A stretch of DNA of 63,869 nucleotides, counting the filler, from Licmophora abbreviata (taxonomy: Eukaryota), in assembly GCA_900291995.1 (NCBI GenBank). It is 10 parts of 10 records of this genome, joined end to end, with 100 filler letters (N's around TTAATTAATTAA, not from the genome) between each part and the next. Parts side by side here need not be neighbours in the genome. Positions count along the whole stretch, not along the records: positions 58,278 to 60,272 come from OLMU01001976.1; positions 60,373 to 62,414 come from OLMU01001977.1; positions 62,515 to 63,869 come from OLMU01001989.1; 7 more parts are not named here. The stretch is one strand, 5' to 3'. How positions within the stretch are numbered: the first letter of the stretch is position 1; every line of letters starts with the position of its first letter. Of this stretch, positions 60,210-63,869 are shown in pieces. A model generated the notes under the pieces. That model made no database searches and had not been told where the DNA came from. It worked only from the letters and a program-made list of their open reading frames with translations. Position numbers and translations under genes: made by a program.

Positions 60210-60866
60210 CCCGCGCGCGTTTAGAACCTGTCTTTTTCGACAAACCAAGGGACATATCAAGATCAACGTTTANNNNNNNNNNNNNNNNNNNNNNNNNNNN
60301 NNNNNNNNNNNNNNNNTTAATTAATTAANNNNNNNNNNNNNNNNNNNNNNNNNNNNNNNNNNNNNNNNNNNNTTCTATTCCATGAACCTCTGCTTCCACA
60401 GGGAGCTTGCGAAAGGCTGTGGGGTTTGCAGGATTTGTGAGCCTGGCGGCGTGCAAGAGCGGCACCGATTTTGGGGAAGTTGCCTCTGCTGTCAGCTTTC
60501 CTCCACTGCATGACTTGGCCACAGCCTCGGATAGCTAATGGAAAATAATTTTTATCTTGGAGCGAAATTCGAAAATGGCAACGGCGGCGAAAATGAATGA
60601 ATCGAATCGAATCAATCCGCACGCGCGCCGCGCTTGGTGCCTCTCAGAGAGGAAAAGCACAGACATACAGAATGGATTCTTTCGAACGAGAACCAAAATC
60701 AATATAAATATGACAAACTGATCGCAGATACGTTCGAAACGTCAGTGTCGTGCAAATAAGGCAATCGAATCGAATCAATCTATCGTGGCGCCCGCGGTCT
60801 GCGCTGTCGTTGGCGTCATGGTGATCGCGGGCGGTGAGCGGCTCGGTTCCAGGAAGCAGGGATAGG

Positions 60867-61619
60867 ATGTTCACCATGACTTGTTCTAGCCTCATTATCC
60901 TTCTCTTGACGGCATACCTGGCACTTGGTGCCAAGGCGTTCGTGGTTCAAACGGCTTCGCGCGCTTGCAAGGACTACCGTGATGTGTCCTGTCATTCGTT
61001 CTCCACCTCTGGCATGTGGAACGCTGGCTTGAATTTCGGAAAAGGACCTTTTAAGTTCTATGAGAGCTTCGAGGACTGGATGAGTCCTTTCCCAGAAGAG
61101 GATCAGTCGGAGTTTCCTGAGATATTCAATCTTCCAAAGGGTGTCTATGAGGTGCGCCTCACCAAGCCTTTGGGCATTGTGTTTGAAGAAATCGAGATGG
61201 GGAAAGGCGTATATGTCATGGATTTGGTGGAAGGAGGGAACGCTGAACGTCACGGTACTATCAAGAAAGGAGATATACTCGTTGGTAAGTTAAAAGTTTG
61301 TCGAAGGCGGAAAGGCCGTGTTTGGCTACCAAGAAGTTCGCTGCAGCAAACGACGCCTGATAATAACCTACAATTTGCACACACAGGTATTAGCGCTGTG
61401 AAGATTGTTGGCGCAAAATGGGAGCGTCGAATGATCCCAGCAAGATTCTTTGACTTTGACACTGTAGTTGGTGCAATCACAAGCAACGAGGCCAAATGGG
61501 GCTGTTACGATGTCGTTTTGATGGTTGAGCGACCTGACGAAGCAGACCCAGCCACGACAGACAAATTCTTGGAGTTTTTCGAGCCACCATTTGACAACCC
61601 CTGGAAGCAGCGCCAATGA
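60867..61619 (+). CDS. Plastid-targeted PDZ-domain protein, 2 exons (intron 61285-61386)
   Basis: Bipartite leader ...LGAKA-FVVQ; YEVRLTKPLGIVFEE...VYVMDLVEGGNAE...IKKGDILVG. Confidence 0.85.
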   Translation: MFTMTCSSLIILLLTAYLALGAKAFVVQTASRACKDYRDVSCHSFSTSGMWNAGLNFGKGPFKFYESFEDWMSPFPEEDQSEFPEIFNLPKGVYEVRLTKPLGIVFEEIEMGKGVYVMDLVEGGNAERHGTIKKGDILVGKLKVCRRRKGRVWLPRSSLQQTTPDNNLQFAHTGISAVKIVGAKWERRMIPARFFDFDTVVGAITSNEAKWGCYDVVLMVERPDEADPATTDKFLEFFEPPFDNPWKQRQ

Positions 61620-62514
61620 TGAGATACCTGCCAGTGTACTTCGTACACATGGAATCGCAAGACTCGTAATCTCACTAGAACTAGCCAGCTGCAAGAAGTG
61701 CCACCATAGTGTCCTCGTACCGTTGTGTGTGTGTGTAGCTTTGATAAGTTCCTGGCTTTACAGCGAATGCCGGCCTTTCGATTGAGCATGAGCCATTTCA
61801 ACTTTTAAACAACAAACTGCACCTGGTGTACCACCGTTCGTCGTACCAAGCAACACACAAAGATGACAAGATAACAGAGATAGTCAAATTGCAATGATGA
61901 GAACAGAAAGTAGATCTCCTGATGTCCTCCTGGTACCGCGTACAGACTGTTGTATAAAACCAATTTTCGATTTTCAACTCTTTCTACTAAAATGCTCGAA
62001 AGTGGTCCACCTTATTTTTCTGTAGACATACGTACCTACCTTATTGATTGTCTACGAGAAAGGGGTCCAAAATATGAAAAAGTCAATGACATCATTCCGG
62101 CGTGGATGACATCATTGATTGGAGTTCGATGGAACCCTCCACGTCGGCTTGAACAGTCTGGAACAGTGAGTCATCAGTTGACATGGGATGATGCACGTTG
62201 CTCAGGTTCCCGCATATCTATTGTCAAAGCATTCAGCAAACTTGCACAGGTCAGAGTAAACTTTTGTAACGATCGCGTCCATCGCCTCCCGGAACTAGAA
62301 ACGCGACCATGCCATCCTGTTGCAGCCATACGGACAGCTGCACTGAAAAGTTCGGCGATGCGGTCGAAGGAACCATCGGCGGCGCCTACGGTCGTCTCGG
62401 AAACTTTGTTGGTGNNNNNNNNNNNNNNNNNNNNNNNNNNNNNNNNNNNNNNNNNNNNTTAATTAATTAANNNNNNNNNNNNNNNNNNNNNNNNNNNNNN
62501 NNNNNNNNNNNNNN

Positions 62515-63869
62515 ATTTCAAGTGTCGTCATCCCAGACGGAGCAGCGCTCTGGCTTGGACTGACACTTGGACAGTCATCATCGACAGAAGACGGAGGTGG
62601 GGTCGGTGCAGGTGTAGGATCGGGGATCGGGGTGGGAGCAGGAGTAGGCTCTGGAGTGGGAGTTGGTGCAGGCGTAGGCGGAACAGGCGTCGGCGCTGGG
62701 GTTGGACCAGGCGTCGGCTCGTCACAAACACCCGGACAAAAGCAGACGCGAGTGACCGCTGCTCTGTCAGAAAGGCTAACCCGAGCGCTGCTAACAGAGT
62801 CCGCCGAGGAGAACTTCTCTTCTTGAACTGCATTGGCACCCTTACCGTCAACAAGAACAATAGCTGTTGAGCCACTAGTTGACGACACAAACACATATGC
62901 TGTTTCGTCTTCTTCAATGTCGAAAAGTCCTATTTCCGTCAATTTTGCCACCGGACAGCCGAAACGGAAAGTAAGAGTTCCACCTTCCTCCTCTAAAGCG
63001 GGATCTTCGACGAGAAGGACATTCTCTAGACTGTTGCAGTTGGCCCCTGGATTCTCCGGCCAGCCACCTTCACCGATTCCAGGACCAGGCAACGGGCACC
63101 GTTCGTTAGGACTACCAAGACTTGCAGTCGAATTGCTCACCAGGGAAGAGTCTAGAACGTAAGCTGTTCCGTCCTCCGAGGAAGCAGTGATAGTCAAAGT
63201 GTATTTATCGAACCAGTCTGTCTGCACTGTATCCCCATCCTGAAGATCGCTTCCATCGCCTCTTGTGTCGAACTCAATGCAGACTTCCGGTTCGAAGGGA
63301 CAAGTGACTGGTGTGGGTGAAGGGGTGGGAGCAGCTGGCGTGGGTGCTGTCGTGAAGAGAGACGGGGCTGGTGTGTCGTCCATTGGTGGTGTGGGGGCCA
63401 GAGTTGGAGGATCTGTAGGCGGCTCCGTCGGGATGTTGGTGGGAGCCTCGGTCGGGGGTTCCGTTGGCGGTTTTGATGGTGTCTCGACAGGAGGATTCGT
63501 CGGCATTTTCGTTGGTGGCTCCGTGGGTGTCTCGACAGGAGGATTCGTTGGCGGCTTTGATGGCGTCTCCACCGGAGGACTGGTGGGCGGTTCCATGGGC
63601 GGCTCTGTGGGCGATTCCGTCGGTGGCATGGTGGGCGGCTCCGTGGGTGCACCGGTGGGAGGATCAACGGGCGGGTCAGTCGGCGATTCAGTCGGTGGCG
63701 CGGTGGGTGCCTTAGTTGGAGGTTCGGTTGGCGCATTAGTGGGAGGTCCCGTCGGAGGCACGGTTGGCGCCTTGGTAGGAGGTTCAGTTGGTCCCTCAAT
63801 AGGAGGTCCCGTCGGCGAGTCCGTCGGCGGCATGGTGGGCGGCTCCGTGGGTGCACCGGTGGGAGGATC
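62515..63869 (-). CDS. Pro/Thr-rich mucin-like extracellular protein fragment with an embedded Cys-containing globular domain (both ends missing)
   Basis: PT(E/N/K)(P/A/S) tetrad repeats; domain CIEFD...LGSPNERC...GPGIGEGG...NC...NVLLVE...GGTLTF...IGLFDIE. Confidence 0.85.

Overview
Eukaryotic nuclear DNA, most consistent with a diatom (stramenopile): about 50% GC, gene-dense, with short GT-AG introns, bipartite plastid-targeting and RXL-type leaders, and P/T/S-rich surface proteins. The window is ten contigs joined by nine artificial 100-nt linkers (N44-TTAATTAATTAA-N44). At least four genes carry single-base frameshifts at homopolymer runs, probably sequencing errors. About 31 genes are supported, including separase, SmD1, an SLT/SAC1-type SLC13 transporter, a CLC antiporter, FKBP12, mitochondrial GrpE, HGH1, an FZL-like dynamin, a GT8, a sulfotransferase and three SGNH-fold paralogs. 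The most notable item is a full-length, intronless menin (MEN1) homolog with a Cys-His-Glu set at transglutaminase-triad positions. Other leads: an enrichment of secretory glycan-modifying genes containing active/degenerate paralog pairs, a SAP-like motif inside separase, a possibly mitochondrial FZL-like dynamin, a secretory SET-domain protein, a possible ADP-ribosyltransferase-fold protein and two copies of a tRNA-like repeat. All family calls are from motif recognition by eye; no searches were run.
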